Source of the DNA: an uncultured Oscillospiraceae bacterium
GTDB lineage: Bacteria > Bacillota > Clostridia > Oscillospirales > Acutalibacteraceae
Direction: 5' to 3'
DNA: 64,000 bases
NCBI GenBank assembly: GCA_900545655.1
Contig: UQZY01000002.1
Span: 22,543 to 86,542, forward strand
Below, piece by piece: positions 8,015 through 16,402 of the stretch; positions within the stretch are counted from its first letter, which is position 1, and every line of letters begins with the position of its first letter. The translations under genes were made by a program, and so were the position numbers. Under the pieces are notes generated by a model. It did not search any database. It saw nothing but the letters and a program-made list of their open reading frames with translations, and was not told the origin of the DNA.

Positions 8015-10420
8015 ATGGATAAACATCTGGCAGCACTTGACTTTGACAAAATACTTGAAAGACTGAGCCTTGAGACCTCGTGTGAGGATGCACGTGAAAT
8101 GGCTCTGTCGCTTAAACCCGAAACCGATGTCGCAGAGGCGCAGAGACTTCTTGACATGACGGTGGATGCGCATATGCTTCTTGCAAAATTCGGAGGGCCG
8201 TCATTCGGCGGTCTTCACAATGTAAACAATCTCTTACACATTGCGAATAATGGGGGAACCCTGTCGATGAAGGATTTGCTTTCGGTCGGAGGAACACTTC
8301 GCACGATACGCTGTCTCGATGACTGGTATTCGCAGTGTGAGGGAATGGATACATCGCTCTCCGGGTACTTTTGCTCGCTTGCACCCGACAAGTATCTTGA
8401 GGACAGGATTTTCACGAGCATTCTCTCTGAGGATGAGATGGCGGATACCGCTTCCCGCGAACTTTCCGACATAAGGAAGGCGCTTCGCAGGCAGGAGAGC
8501 AAGATTCGTGATCAGCTTAACCATATAATTCACTCGTCACACTATCAGACGGCGCTTCAGGATGCCATAATCACCATGCGAAACGGCAGATATGTCGTAC
8601 CGGTAAAGCGTGAACACAAGGCGACTGTTGCGGGACTTGTGCAGGATACATCGGACAGCGGAGCAACCGTTTTCATAGAGCCGATGTCGGTCGTTGAGGC
8701 GAACAATGAGATAAAGGAGCTTCTCGGAAAAGAACGTGAGGAGATTGAAAAAATACTTGCGGAGATTTCAAACGAGGTCGGAGCCATATACGAGCCGATG
8801 AAGATTTCCTATGAGTCTGCCGTATACCTGAATATTGTTTTTGCCAAAGCTCATATGGCATACGCCATGAAAGCGTCCGTGCCGATACTGAACGGTGAGG
8901 GTATAGTGGATCTTCACGGGGCACGTCATCCGCTCATTGACCCGAAAAAGGTTGTAAAGACGGACATCCGGCTCGGGGAGGATTTTGATACGCTTGTCAT
9001 AACGGGACCGAATACCGGAGGTAAGACGGTTTCCATAAAGACCATAGGCCTGCTGTCGGCTATGGCGGCGTGCGGATTCATGCTTCCGTGCGGAGACAAC
9101 AGCAAAATAGCGGTGTTTCGGGACATCTTTGCGGACATCGGTGACGAGCAAAGTATCGAGCAGTCGCTTTCTACATTTTCATCACATATGACCAATATCG
9201 TAGATATATTGAATAAAGCGAAAAAGGGCTCGCTCGTGCTCATAGATGAGTTGGGAGCGGGCACCGATCCCGTCGAGGGTGCGGCGCTTGCTATGGCTAT
9301 TCTTGAAAAGCTTCATGCACAGGGCGCAACCGTTGCCGCAACCACGCACTATGCGGAGCTTAAAGCATATGCCCTTGAAACAGAGCGGGTGGAAAATGCC
9401 TGCTGCGAGTTCGACGTAAATACGCTTTCTCCGACATACAGACTTCTTATCGGTGTTCCCGGACGTTCAAATGCCTTTGCTATTTCCGAGCGTCTCGGAA
9501 TTCCCTGTGGCGTTGTCGAGCGTGCGAGGGCACTTATGTCCGCTGAAAACACACGCTTTGAGGACGTCGTGGAACAGCTTGAGGAAAGCCGCGCAAGGAT
9601 GGAAACAGAGCATCAAAGGGCTCAGGAGCAGTACCTTGAGGCAGAGGAGACAAAGAAGTCCGCGCAGGCTCTGATGGACAGCGTTGAAAGGCTCAAAAAC
9701 GAAGAGATTGAAAAAGCACGCTCCGAGGCAATGAAGATTGTCGAGCGCGCTAAAAGGGAAGCCGCGTACTTCCTTGATGATATCGAAGAACTTAAAAAGG
9801 AAAAGAAAAAAGAAAATGATCTCTCTGCTCTTTCCGCAAAGGCAAAGGGTGTTATAAAACGACACGAGGGTGAGCTTGACGACATAACCAATCCCATAAT
9901 TGCGTTGGCGCAGGACGAAAACTACGTTTTGCCGCGGCCGCTTGAGGTCGGTGATACGGTTGTCATAGCAGATCTCGGAACAACAGCGACCGTTTCCGCC
10001 TTGCCGGATAAAAAAGGTATGGTTGAAGTTACGAGCGGTATTCTCAAAACCCGTGTTGAGTTATCGAATCTTCGCCTCATGGAGGGCAAGGCGGCTAGGA
10101 ACGCGGCAAAGGGTATGCGGTCGCGACCCTCCGGCAGAGGTGTTTCAAAAAATATATCTTCAAAGTCAGACATGAAGGTCGCGACCTCTGTCGACCTGCG
10201 TGGTATGGCCTCGGACGAAGCTATCCACGCGCTTGACGGCTTTATCGACCTGCAGGCACGCTGCGGTATCGGTGAATTTACCGTGATTCACGGTAAGGGT
10301 ACCGGCGTGCTGCGAAAAGCCGTGAAGCAGTATCTTTCAAAGCATCCACAGGTGAAGGAATTTCGCCTCGGCACCTTCGGGGAGGGCGAGGACGGAGTTA
10401 CTATAGTAAAACTTAAGTAA
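8015..10420 (+). CDS. mutS2: endonuclease MutS2 (MutS ATPase + C-terminal Smr domain)
   Basis: Walker A GPNTGGKTV and ELGAGTDP are present. C-terminal Smr block DLRGMASDEAIHALDGFIDLQARCGIGEFTVIHGKGTGVLRKAV. ATG 8015 with GGAG 7 nt upstream. Confidence 0.9.
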   Translation: MDKHLAALDFDKILERLSLETSCEDAREMALSLKPETDVAEAQRLLDMTVDAHMLLAKFGGPSFGGLHNVNNLLHIANNGGTLSMKDLLSVGGTLRTIRCLDDWYSQCEGMDTSLSGYFCSLAPDKYLEDRIFTSILSEDEMADTASRELSDIRKALRRQESKIRDQLNHIIHSSHYQTALQDAIITMRNGRYVVPVKREHKATVAGLVQDTSDSGATVFIEPMSVVEANNEIKELLGKEREEIEKILAEISNEVGAIYEPMKISYESAVYLNIVFAKAHMAYAMKASVPILNGEGIVDLHGARHPLIDPKKVVKTDIRLGEDFDTLVITGPNTGGKTVSIKTIGLLSAMAACGFMLPCGDNSKIAVFRDIFADIGDEQSIEQSLSTFSSHMTNIVDILNKAKKGSLVLIDELGAGTDPVEGAALAMAILEKLHAQGATVAATTHYAELKAYALETERVENACCEFDVNTLSPTYRLLIGVPGRSNAFAISERLGIPCGVVERARALMSAENTRFEDVVEQLEESRARMETEHQRAQEQYLEAEETKKSAQALMDSVERLKNEEIEKARSEAMKIVERAKREAAYFLDDIEELKKEKKKENDLSALSAKAKGVIKRHEGELDDITNPIIALAQDENYVLPRPLEVGDTVVIADLGTTATVSALPDKKGMVEVTSGILKTRVELSNLRLMEGKAARNAAKGMRSRPSGRGVSKNISSKSDMKVATSVDLRGMASDEAIHALDGFIDLQARCGIGEFTVIHGKGTGVLRKAVKQYLSKHPQVKEFRLGTFGEGEDGVTIVKLK

Positions 10421-10433
10421 TGGAGGAAGTTTT

Positions 10434-11117
10434 ATGCAGTACAAAATCTTAGGGGAAACCTTACCGGTTGTTCTCTGCAGTCTTGAAGAAAACGAGAGAA
10501 TGATAACAGAAAGCGGATCTATGGCATGGATGTCGTCAAATATGCGCATGGATACATCGTCAAACGGAGGCCTCGGAAAAGCATTCGGAAGGATGTTTTC
10601 GGGAGAGGCACTGTTTCAGAATATCTACACCGCGCAGGGCGGACCGGGTGAGATTGCTTTTGCATCCAGCTTTCCGGGGTCGATAAAGGTTTTCAGACTT
10701 GATGCCGAGCATGATTACATATTCCAGAAGCGTTCTTTCCTCGCTTCAACCGACGGTGTAAGCCTTTCAGTTTTCTTCCAGAAGAAATTCGGAGCGGGCT
10801 TGTTCGGCGGAGAGGGCTTTATACTTCAGAAGGTAACGGGCAACGGCCTCGCATTTGCTGAGTTTGACGGTCACGTTGTGGAGTATGAGCTTGAAGCGGG
10901 ACAGCAGATTGTCGTAGACAGCGGATACCTTGCAGCCATGTCAACCACATGCTCCATGGATATCAGAACTATTTCCGGTGCAAAGAATATCATCTTCGGC
11001 GGTGAAGGCCTTTTCAACACCGTTATTACGGGACCGGGTCATGTATGGCTTCAGACAATGCCCGCACTCAGTGTTGCACGTGCACTCCAGCCCTACCTTG
11101 TAACATCCGGCGGCTGA
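10434..11117 (+). CDS. AIM24/TIGR00266-family protein (DUF124)
   Basis: 227 aa with repeated GEGLF/GPG blocks (FILQKVTGNGLAFAEFDGHVVEYELEAGQQIVVDSGYLAAM...NIIFGGEGLFNTVITGPGHVWLQ) characteristic of the family. GGAGG RBS. Confidence 0.65.
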   Translation: MQYKILGETLPVVLCSLEENERMITESGSMAWMSSNMRMDTSSNGGLGKAFGRMFSGEALFQNIYTAQGGPGEIAFASSFPGSIKVFRLDAEHDYIFQKRSFLASTDGVSLSVFFQKKFGAGLFGGEGFILQKVTGNGLAFAEFDGHVVEYELEAGQQIVVDSGYLAAMSTTCSMDIRTISGAKNIIFGGEGLFNTVITGPGHVWLQTMPALSVARALQPYLVTSGG

Positions 11118-11223
11118 TATACTTTTTACACATTAAAACCTTTCATACCGATTTTGTGACCGTTTGTCGCAAAGGTATTGAAAGGTTTATTTTTTTATGT
11201 TACTAATCGATTATCAAATATAT

Positions 11224-11251
11224 TGACTTACGTATTATTACGTATTATAAT
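11224..11251 (+). promoter_or_regulatory. hicAB promoter with tandem repeat in spacer
   Basis: TTGACT-16 nt-TATAAT. The spacer is a tandem TACGTATTA x2, a possible HicB operator. Confidence 0.45.
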
Positions 11252-11269
11252 TTTAAGGGATTGGTAACT

Positions 11270-11464
11270 ATGAAAAAGAGGGAATTGGAACGCATATTGA
11301 TTAAACACGGATGGCAAATTGCTCCGGGTGCAAACCACGACATTGCCACCAACAAATTCGTACACGGAGTTAAATTGACAATTCCGAGACATACTGAAAT
11401 AAATGAATATACGGCAAGAGGCATCTTAAAATGTGCCGGAATTGATTGGAGGAATCAAAAGTGA
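11270..11464 (+). CDS. hicA: HicA-family mRNA interferase toxin
   Basis: 64 aa with MKKRELERILIKHGWQIAPGANHDIATN...IPRHTEINEYTARGILKCAGI, the YcfA/HicA fold signature. Its stop TGA overlaps the hicB GTG (GTGA). Confidence 0.8.
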   Translation: MKKRELERILIKHGWQIAPGANHDIATNKFVHGVKLTIPRHTEINEYTARGILKCAGIDWRNQK

Positions 11465-11850
11465 AATATGTTTACTCGGCAATATTTACAAAGCTTGAAA
11501 ATGATGAATACAGTGTTGAGGTGCCGGATCTCCCCGGATGTATAACATGTGGAAGTGATCTTGCAGAAACAATATTTATGGCTTCAGATGCGATGGCAAT
11601 GTGGTTATGGGATGCGGAAAATAAAAAAGAAAATATTCCGAAACCGAAAAAAATTGAATCTGTTGAAAAGAATCAATTTGTAAACTTGATTGTTGCCGAC
11701 ACGGATGATTACAGAAAGAGACATGAAAACCGTGCAGTAAAGAAAACACTGTCAATACCGTCGTGGCTAAATTCTGAGGCTGAACAGGCGGGTGTCAACT
11801 TTTCACAGGTTCTGCAGGAAGCATTGAGAGAAAAGTTGAAAACGGAATAA
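11461..11850 (+). CDS. hicB: HicB-family antitoxin with C-terminal RHH (CopG-like) DNA-binding domain
   Basis: GTG start with GGAGGA 8 nt upstream. N-terminal HicB block KYVYSAIFTKLENDEYSVEVPDLPGCITCGSDLAE. C-terminal KKTLSIPSWLNSEAEQAGVNFSQVLQEAL is RHH-like. Confidence 0.8.
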   Translation: MKYVYSAIFTKLENDEYSVEVPDLPGCITCGSDLAETIFMASDAMAMWLWDAENKKENIPKPKKIESVEKNQFVNLIVADTDDYRKRHENRAVKKTLSIPSWLNSEAEQAGVNFSQVLQEALREKLKTE

Positions 11851-11887
11851 AATATTATTTATGATTGCGAAATTGCAATATTTCACC

Positions 11888-11935
11888 CAACAACTTGTGT
11901 AAAGCAAATCACTTTACACAAGTTGTTGATTTTTG
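11888..11935 (+). terminator. rho-independent terminator after hicB
   Basis: Perfect 17-bp stem caacaacttgtgtaaag / ctttacacaagttgttg with a 7-nt loop, followed by ATTTTTG. Confidence 0.7.
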
Positions 11936-11992
11936 CTGAAAAAGAGAGGCTAAAAAACGCTTAAAATATGCATGAGTACAAGAAAAACAGAC

Positions 11993-12021
11993 TTGACACG
12001 GGAGACGTTTATAAGTATAAT
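11993..12021 (+). promoter_or_regulatory. consensus sigma-A promoter for ylxM-ffh operon
   Basis: TTGACA-17 nt-TATAAT, exact consensus hexamers. Confidence 0.65.
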
Positions 12022-12069
12022 ACACGAGTGTAAAGAAGTTGACTTTACATTGGGGAAATTAAATGAGAG

Positions 12070-12447
12070 GTGATTTTGGACGTGGCAAAGAACTTTGAAG
12101 TTATAAACGTATTGCTCGACTTTTACGGTGACATGCTCACAGAAAAGCAAAGAGCGTTCATTGAGTATTATTACAACGACGACTTGTCACTTGCCGAGAT
12201 CGCCGAAAACGAAGGAATAACCAGACAGGGCGTGCGTGACGCCATAAAGCGTGCAGAGAGTCAGCTCTACGAGATGGAGTCAAGACTCGGACTTGCAAAA
12301 CGCTTTGAGGAAATGCGTAGCGGCCTGGAAGAGATACTCGAGTGTGCGGAGGAGATAAACGATCACAACATGCGTACGGGTCTTTCGAGGGACATAAACG
12401 AATCTGTTGTGAAGATAAAGCTCATCGTACAGCAATTATCAGAATAA
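12070..12447 (+). CDS. ylxM: YlxM/UPF0122 putative DNA-binding protein (signal recognition particle associated)
   Basis: LLDFYGDMLTEKQRAFIEYYYNDDLSLAEIAENEGITRQGVRDAIKRAE resembles B. subtilis YlxM ([34 protein letters not shown]). Immediately upstream of ffh. The start is ambiguous between GTG 12070, TTG 12076 and GTG 12082. Confidence 0.8.
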   Translation: MILDVAKNFEVINVLLDFYGDMLTEKQRAFIEYYYNDDLSLAEIAENEGITRQGVRDAIKRAESQLYEMESRLGLAKRFEEMRSGLEEILECAEEINDHNMRTGLSRDINESVVKIKLIVQQLSE

Positions 12448-12460
12448 GGAGTGAAGACTC

Positions 12461-13834
12461 TTGGCATTTGAAGGATTGTCAGACAGGCTGGAAGCCGCGT
12501 TTGCAAGACTGAAGAGTAAAGGCTCCCTTACAGAGTCAGACGTAAAAGAGGCCATGCGTGAAGTAAGGCTGGCACTTTTGGAAGCTGACGTAAGCTACAA
12601 GGTGGCCAAGGACTTCACCGCAGCCGTAACGGAAAGAGCCATCGGCGCAGAGGTTATGAAAAGCCTCACACCGTCGCAGATGGTTATTAAGATAGTAAAC
12701 GAAGAACTCACGGAACTTATGGGCGGTACGCAGACGAGACTCGCAGTTGCCCAGCATCCGCCGACCATCGTCATGATGTGCGGTCTTCAGGGCTCCGGTA
12801 AGACAACACATTGCGCAAAGATTGCAAAACGTCTTAAGAGTGAGGGACACAGGCCGCTGCTTGTAGCCTGCGACGTTTACAGACCGGCTGCTATAAAGCA
12901 GTTGCAGGTTGTAGGTGAACAGGTCGGGGTTCCGGTCTTTGAAAAAGGACAGGAGGATCCCGTTCTTATAGCGACAGAAGCCGTAAAGCTTGCGAAGGAC
13001 CAGGGATACGATTACGTATTTCTTGACACGGCGGGACGACTTCATGTTGACGAAGCACTCATGGAAGAGCTTCAGAACATAAAGGCCGCGGTACATCCGC
13101 ATGAGATACTTCTTGTTGTGGATGCCATGACCGGTCAGGACGCTGTAAATGTTGCGTCTGCATTCAATGATTCCGTTGGGCTTGACGGTCTTGTACTCAC
13201 AAAGCTTGACGGTGACACGAGAGGCGGTGCGGCGCTTTCCGCAAGAGCCATTACGGGCAAGCCCATAAAGTTTGTCGGTACAGGTGAAAAGCTTGATGAC
13301 CTTGACGTTTTCCATCCTGACAGAATGGCTTCGCGTATCCTCGGCATGGGAGATATGCTCTCTCTCATTGAAAAGGCAGAGCAGCAGTTTGACGAAGAGC
13401 AGGCGCTTGAGCTTGAGCGCAAGCTTCGTAAAAACAAGTTTGATCTTAATGACCTTCTTTCCAACCTGCAGCAGGTGCGTAAGCTCGGACCCATGCAGGA
13501 CTTACTCGGAATGATTCCGGGTATAGGAAACAAGGCTAAAGATATCGAAGTAGACGAAAAGCAGTTTGACAGGCTTCAGGCTCTTATTCAGTCTATGACA
13601 CCAAAGGAGAGGGAAAATCCCGACATCATCAATCCGTCGCGCAAACGCAGAATAGCAGCGGGTGCCGGTCAGCAGGTTGAGGACGTCAACAGGCTTCTTT
13701 CTCAGTACAGGCAGATGCAGAAGATGTTTAAGCAGATGAACAGTAAAAAATCCAGAAAGGCCATGAAGCGCATGAGTCAGAACATGAATCCGAATGACCT
13801 TAACGGACTTGATTTCAGTAAACTCGGTTTATAA
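12461..13834 (+). CDS. ffh: signal recognition particle protein Ffh
   Basis: TTG start with AAGGAG RBS. Begins MAFEGLSDRLEAAFARLKSKG. GTPase motifs GLQGSGKTT, DTAGR and TKLDG. C-terminal M-domain is Met-rich. Confidence 0.95.
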   Translation: MAFEGLSDRLEAAFARLKSKGSLTESDVKEAMREVRLALLEADVSYKVAKDFTAAVTERAIGAEVMKSLTPSQMVIKIVNEELTELMGGTQTRLAVAQHPPTIVMMCGLQGSGKTTHCAKIAKRLKSEGHRPLLVACDVYRPAAIKQLQVVGEQVGVPVFEKGQEDPVLIATEAVKLAKDQGYDYVFLDTAGRLHVDEALMEELQNIKAAVHPHEILLVVDAMTGQDAVNVASAFNDSVGLDGLVLTKLDGDTRGGAALSARAITGKPIKFVGTGEKLDDLDVFHPDRMASRILGMGDMLSLIEKAEQQFDEEQALELERKLRKNKFDLNDLLSNLQQVRKLGPMQDLLGMIPGIGNKAKDIEVDEKQFDRLQALIQSMTPKERENPDIINPSRKRRIAAGAGQQVEDVNRLLSQYRQMQKMFKQMNSKKSRKAMKRMSQNMNPNDLNGLDFSKLGL

Positions 13835-13897
13835 TCTTTGCAAATTACAAGTACTAATTATACTTTTGTACATTAAATCTTTTTGGAGGAATTAAAA

Positions 13898-14143
13898 ATG
13901 GCAGTAAAAATCAGACTTCGCAGAATGGGTGCAAAGAAGGCTCCTTTCTATCGTATCGTAGTAGCGGATTCACGTTTCCCGAGAGACGGACGTTTCATCG
14001 AGGAAATCGGTTACTATGATCCCACAAAGGATCCTGTAGTTCTCAAGGTTGATGACGAGAAGGTTCAGCAGTGGATTGCTAACGGCGCACAGCCTACAGA
14101 CACAGTTCGTGCACTTCTCAAGAAGAGCGGAGCTATAAAATAA
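13898..14143 (+). CDS. rpsP: 30S ribosomal protein S16
   Basis: [51 protein letters not shown]. Confidence 0.95.
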   Translation: MAVKIRLRRMGAKKAPFYRIVVADSRFPRDGRFIEEIGYYDPTKDPVVLKVDDEKVQQWIANGAQPTDTVRALLKKSGAIK

Positions 14144-14160
14144 TCGGGAGGCTTTAAGGT

Positions 14161-14394
14161 ATGCGTGAATTATTAACAGCAATTGCGCAGGGTCTTGTAG
14201 ATGACCCGTCAGCCGTTACGGTTGATGTTGACGAGCCCAACGAAAACGGTGTAACCGTTTTCCACCTCCATGTTGCTCCTGATGACATGGGAAGAGTTAT
14301 AGGAAAGCAGGGCCGTATTGCCAAGGCTATCCGTACCGTTATGCGTGCGACTGCAAATAAGCAGGACGCTCACATAGCAGTTGAAATCGACTGA
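14161..14394 (+). CDS. khpA: KH-domain RNA-binding protein (KhpA/YlqC)
   Basis: 77 aa with the GxxG motif VIGKQGRIAKAIRTV. Sits in the conserved position between rpsP and rimM. Confidence 0.85.
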   Translation: MRELLTAIAQGLVDDPSAVTVDVDEPNENGVTVFHLHVAPDDMGRVIGKQGRIAKAIRTVMRATANKQDAHIAVEID

Positions 14395-14488
14395 GACCAG
14401 GTTGATCATTGATTTTAAACGCAAAAGAAGAGGGCAAGCATTGAACGTATTTCAAAGCTTGCCCTGTTTTGGATTTTGAGGTGAAAGC

Positions 14489-15022
14489 ATGCTTCTTTCT
14501 TATCTTGAGCTCGGAAAAATAGTGAGTACACACGGTATAAAGGGCGAACTCAGAGTTCAGTATTGGTGTGACAGCCCCGAGTTTTTTAAAAGCTTCACAC
14601 GTGTGTATCTGAAGAAGGACGGCGCCGACGAGCGTCGCGTCCTGTCTGCACGGCCGCACGGAAATGTCATGCTTCTGACGCTTGAGGGCGTTGACGACAC
14701 TGATAAGGCAAACGCCCTTCGCGGCAGAACGGTATATGTAAAAAGAGAGGATGCACCGCTTCCTGCGGGGCGCTATTTTATAGCAGAGCTTATAGGCTGT
14801 ACCGTGCGTGACGCCGATGACGCCGAAAAGACTTACGGCGTTATAAAGGACGTGACGAATTCGGGTGCATCGGACATATGGCATATCGAAAATGACGGAA
14901 GATTATATCTGCTGCCGTCTATACCGGAAATTGTGAAAAAAGTGGATGTCGAAAACGGTGTCGCTCTTATAACACCGATACCGGGTATTTTCGGAGAGGA
15001 GTATGAGGTTCGTGAGGATTGA
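14489..15022 (+). CDS. rimM: ribosome maturation factor RimM
   Basis: LELGKIVSTHGIKGELRV N-terminal block plus a PRC-barrel C-terminus. Conserved position before trmD. Confidence 0.9.
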   Translation: MLLSYLELGKIVSTHGIKGELRVQYWCDSPEFFKSFTRVYLKKDGADERRVLSARPHGNVMLLTLEGVDDTDKANALRGRTVYVKREDAPLPAGRYFIAELIGCTVRDADDAEKTYGVIKDVTNSGASDIWHIENDGRLYLLPSIPEIVKKVDVENGVALITPIPGIFGEEYEVRED

Positions 15023-15704
15023 TATACTGACGCTTTTTCCGGAGATGTGTGAAACCGTTCTCTACACAAGTATAATAGGCAGAGCCCGCGCGGCGGGCTG
15101 TGTGGAGATAAATTGCCATAACATAAGGGACTACACCGATGACAAGCACGGCCGTGTTGACGATGCGCCGTATGGCGGCGGCACGGGAATGATCATGCAG
15201 GCAGAGCCTGTTTACAAGTGCTATACGGCACTCACCGATAACGGAAACAAGCCGTATCATCTTGTTTATATGACGCCTCAGGGCAAAACACTCACGCAGG
15301 AGCGTGTAAAAGAGCTTTCAAGGCTGGATAATCTGGCGATTCTCTGCGGACACTATGAGGGGATTGACGAGAGGGTTATCGATGAATTGTGCCCCGAGGA
15401 AATATCAATCGGTGACTACGTCCTGACGGGAGGCGAGCTTCCGGCGCTTGTTTTGTGTGACAGCGTGTGCAGGATGCTTCCGGGTGTCCTTAAAAATGAT
15501 GATGCATATACTAAAGAGAGCCATTATAACGGACTTCTCGAGTATCCGCAGTATACGAGACCGGCCGTTTGGCGTGACAAAGAGGTGCCGGAAATTCTTC
15601 TCTCCGGTCATCATGAGAACATAGCAAGGTGGCAGGATGAGCAGTCACTTGAAAGGACAAAACTAAAGAGACCCGATCTTTTGAAGAAAGACCCGACCTC
15701 TTAA
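15003..15704 (+). CDS. trmD: tRNA (guanine37-N1)-methyltransferase TrmD
   Basis: IDILTLFPEM and YGGGTGMIM SPOUT motifs. Start overlaps the rimM end. A GTG at 15012 is an alternative start. Confidence 0.9.
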   Translation: MRFVRIDILTLFPEMCETVLYTSIIGRARAAGCVEINCHNIRDYTDDKHGRVDDAPYGGGTGMIMQAEPVYKCYTALTDNGNKPYHLVYMTPQGKTLTQERVKELSRLDNLAILCGHYEGIDERVIDELCPEEISIGDYVLTGGELPALVLCDSVCRMLPGVLKNDDAYTKESHYNGLLEYPQYTRPAVWRDKEVPEILLSGHHENIARWQDEQSLERTKLKRPDLLKKDPTS

Positions 15705-15732
15705 AACGACAGACACAGAAAAGGACATAAAC

Positions 15733-15769
15733 GCACGGTGTAACCGCCTGTTACGTGCTTCTGTTTTTT
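15733..15769 (+). terminator. putative terminator after trmD
   Basis: Imperfect hairpin cacggtgtaac-cgcct-gttacgtg followed by cttctgttttttc. Confidence 0.4.
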
Positions 15770-15911
15770 CACGAAAAAAATAACTCAACAGTATATATGA
15801 ACAAAACGCTTTTTGCAAGCCTTTTTTGTTGAAAAAAACTGTGAAAAATTCACAAACATTCGGTGATTTTATGTCGAAGTTTGTAATCTGGGACAAATAT
15901 TTTTTTTTTCG

Positions 15912-15940
15912 TTGACTATGTGAAGTTTTGTGACTATAAT
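15912..15940 (+). promoter_or_regulatory. sigma-A promoter for ptsH
   Basis: TTGACT-17 nt-TATAAT. Confidence 0.55.
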
Positions 15941-16005
15941 GATAGCAATTTGAAAAATCACTATAATTTTTTCTAACTATTTTGATTATTTGTGAGGGAA
16001 TTATT

Positions 16006-16269
16006 ATGTATGTAAAAGACGTTAAGGTTCAGAATCAGGTAGGACTTCACGCTCGTCCTGCAACATTTTTCATTCAGAAGGCAAACGAGTTCAAGTCTTC
16101 TATATGGGTTGAGAAAGATGAGCGCAGAGTAAATGCCAAGTCACTTCTCGGTGTTTTATCACTCGGTATCATGGGCGGAACGGAAATCCGTATCATGGCC
16201 GGCGGTTCAGATGAAGAAGAGGCAGTTGAAGCTCTTGTAGCTCTCGTTGAATCAGGTTTTGCAGAATAA
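16006..16269 (+). CDS. ptsH: phosphocarrier protein HPr
   Basis: His15 motif GLHARPA and Ser46 region NAKSLLGVLSLG. GAGGGA RBS. Confidence 0.85.
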   Translation: MYVKDVKVQNQVGLHARPATFFIQKANEFKSSIWVEKDERRVNAKSLLGVLSLGIMGGTEIRIMAGGSDEEEAVEALVALVESGFAE

Positions 16270-16287
16270 TTTTAATCGCTTTAATTG

Positions 16288-16330
16288 GGCACACTGCTGA
16301 TATACTCCGGCGGTGTGCTTTTTGTTTTAC
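16288..16330 (+). terminator. terminator after ptsH
   Basis: gggcacac...gtgtgc stem followed by TTTTTTGTTTT. Confidence 0.5.
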
Positions 16331-16402
16331 AGCCAAGCTCTTTTGCGGTTTGTTTTCTGCTTTATGGATTGTTTTCTTACGGATAAATAAGGGGGTGAGT
16401 AT

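Noticed and set aside
12536-13315. 259-aa minus-strand ORF antisense to ffh (also 13135-13533 and similar antisense ORFs inside mutS2, uvrC, hydA, hydB)
   Set aside because: Fully overlapped by strongly supported conserved genes on the other strand. No RBS. The composition is typical of antisense read-through frames.
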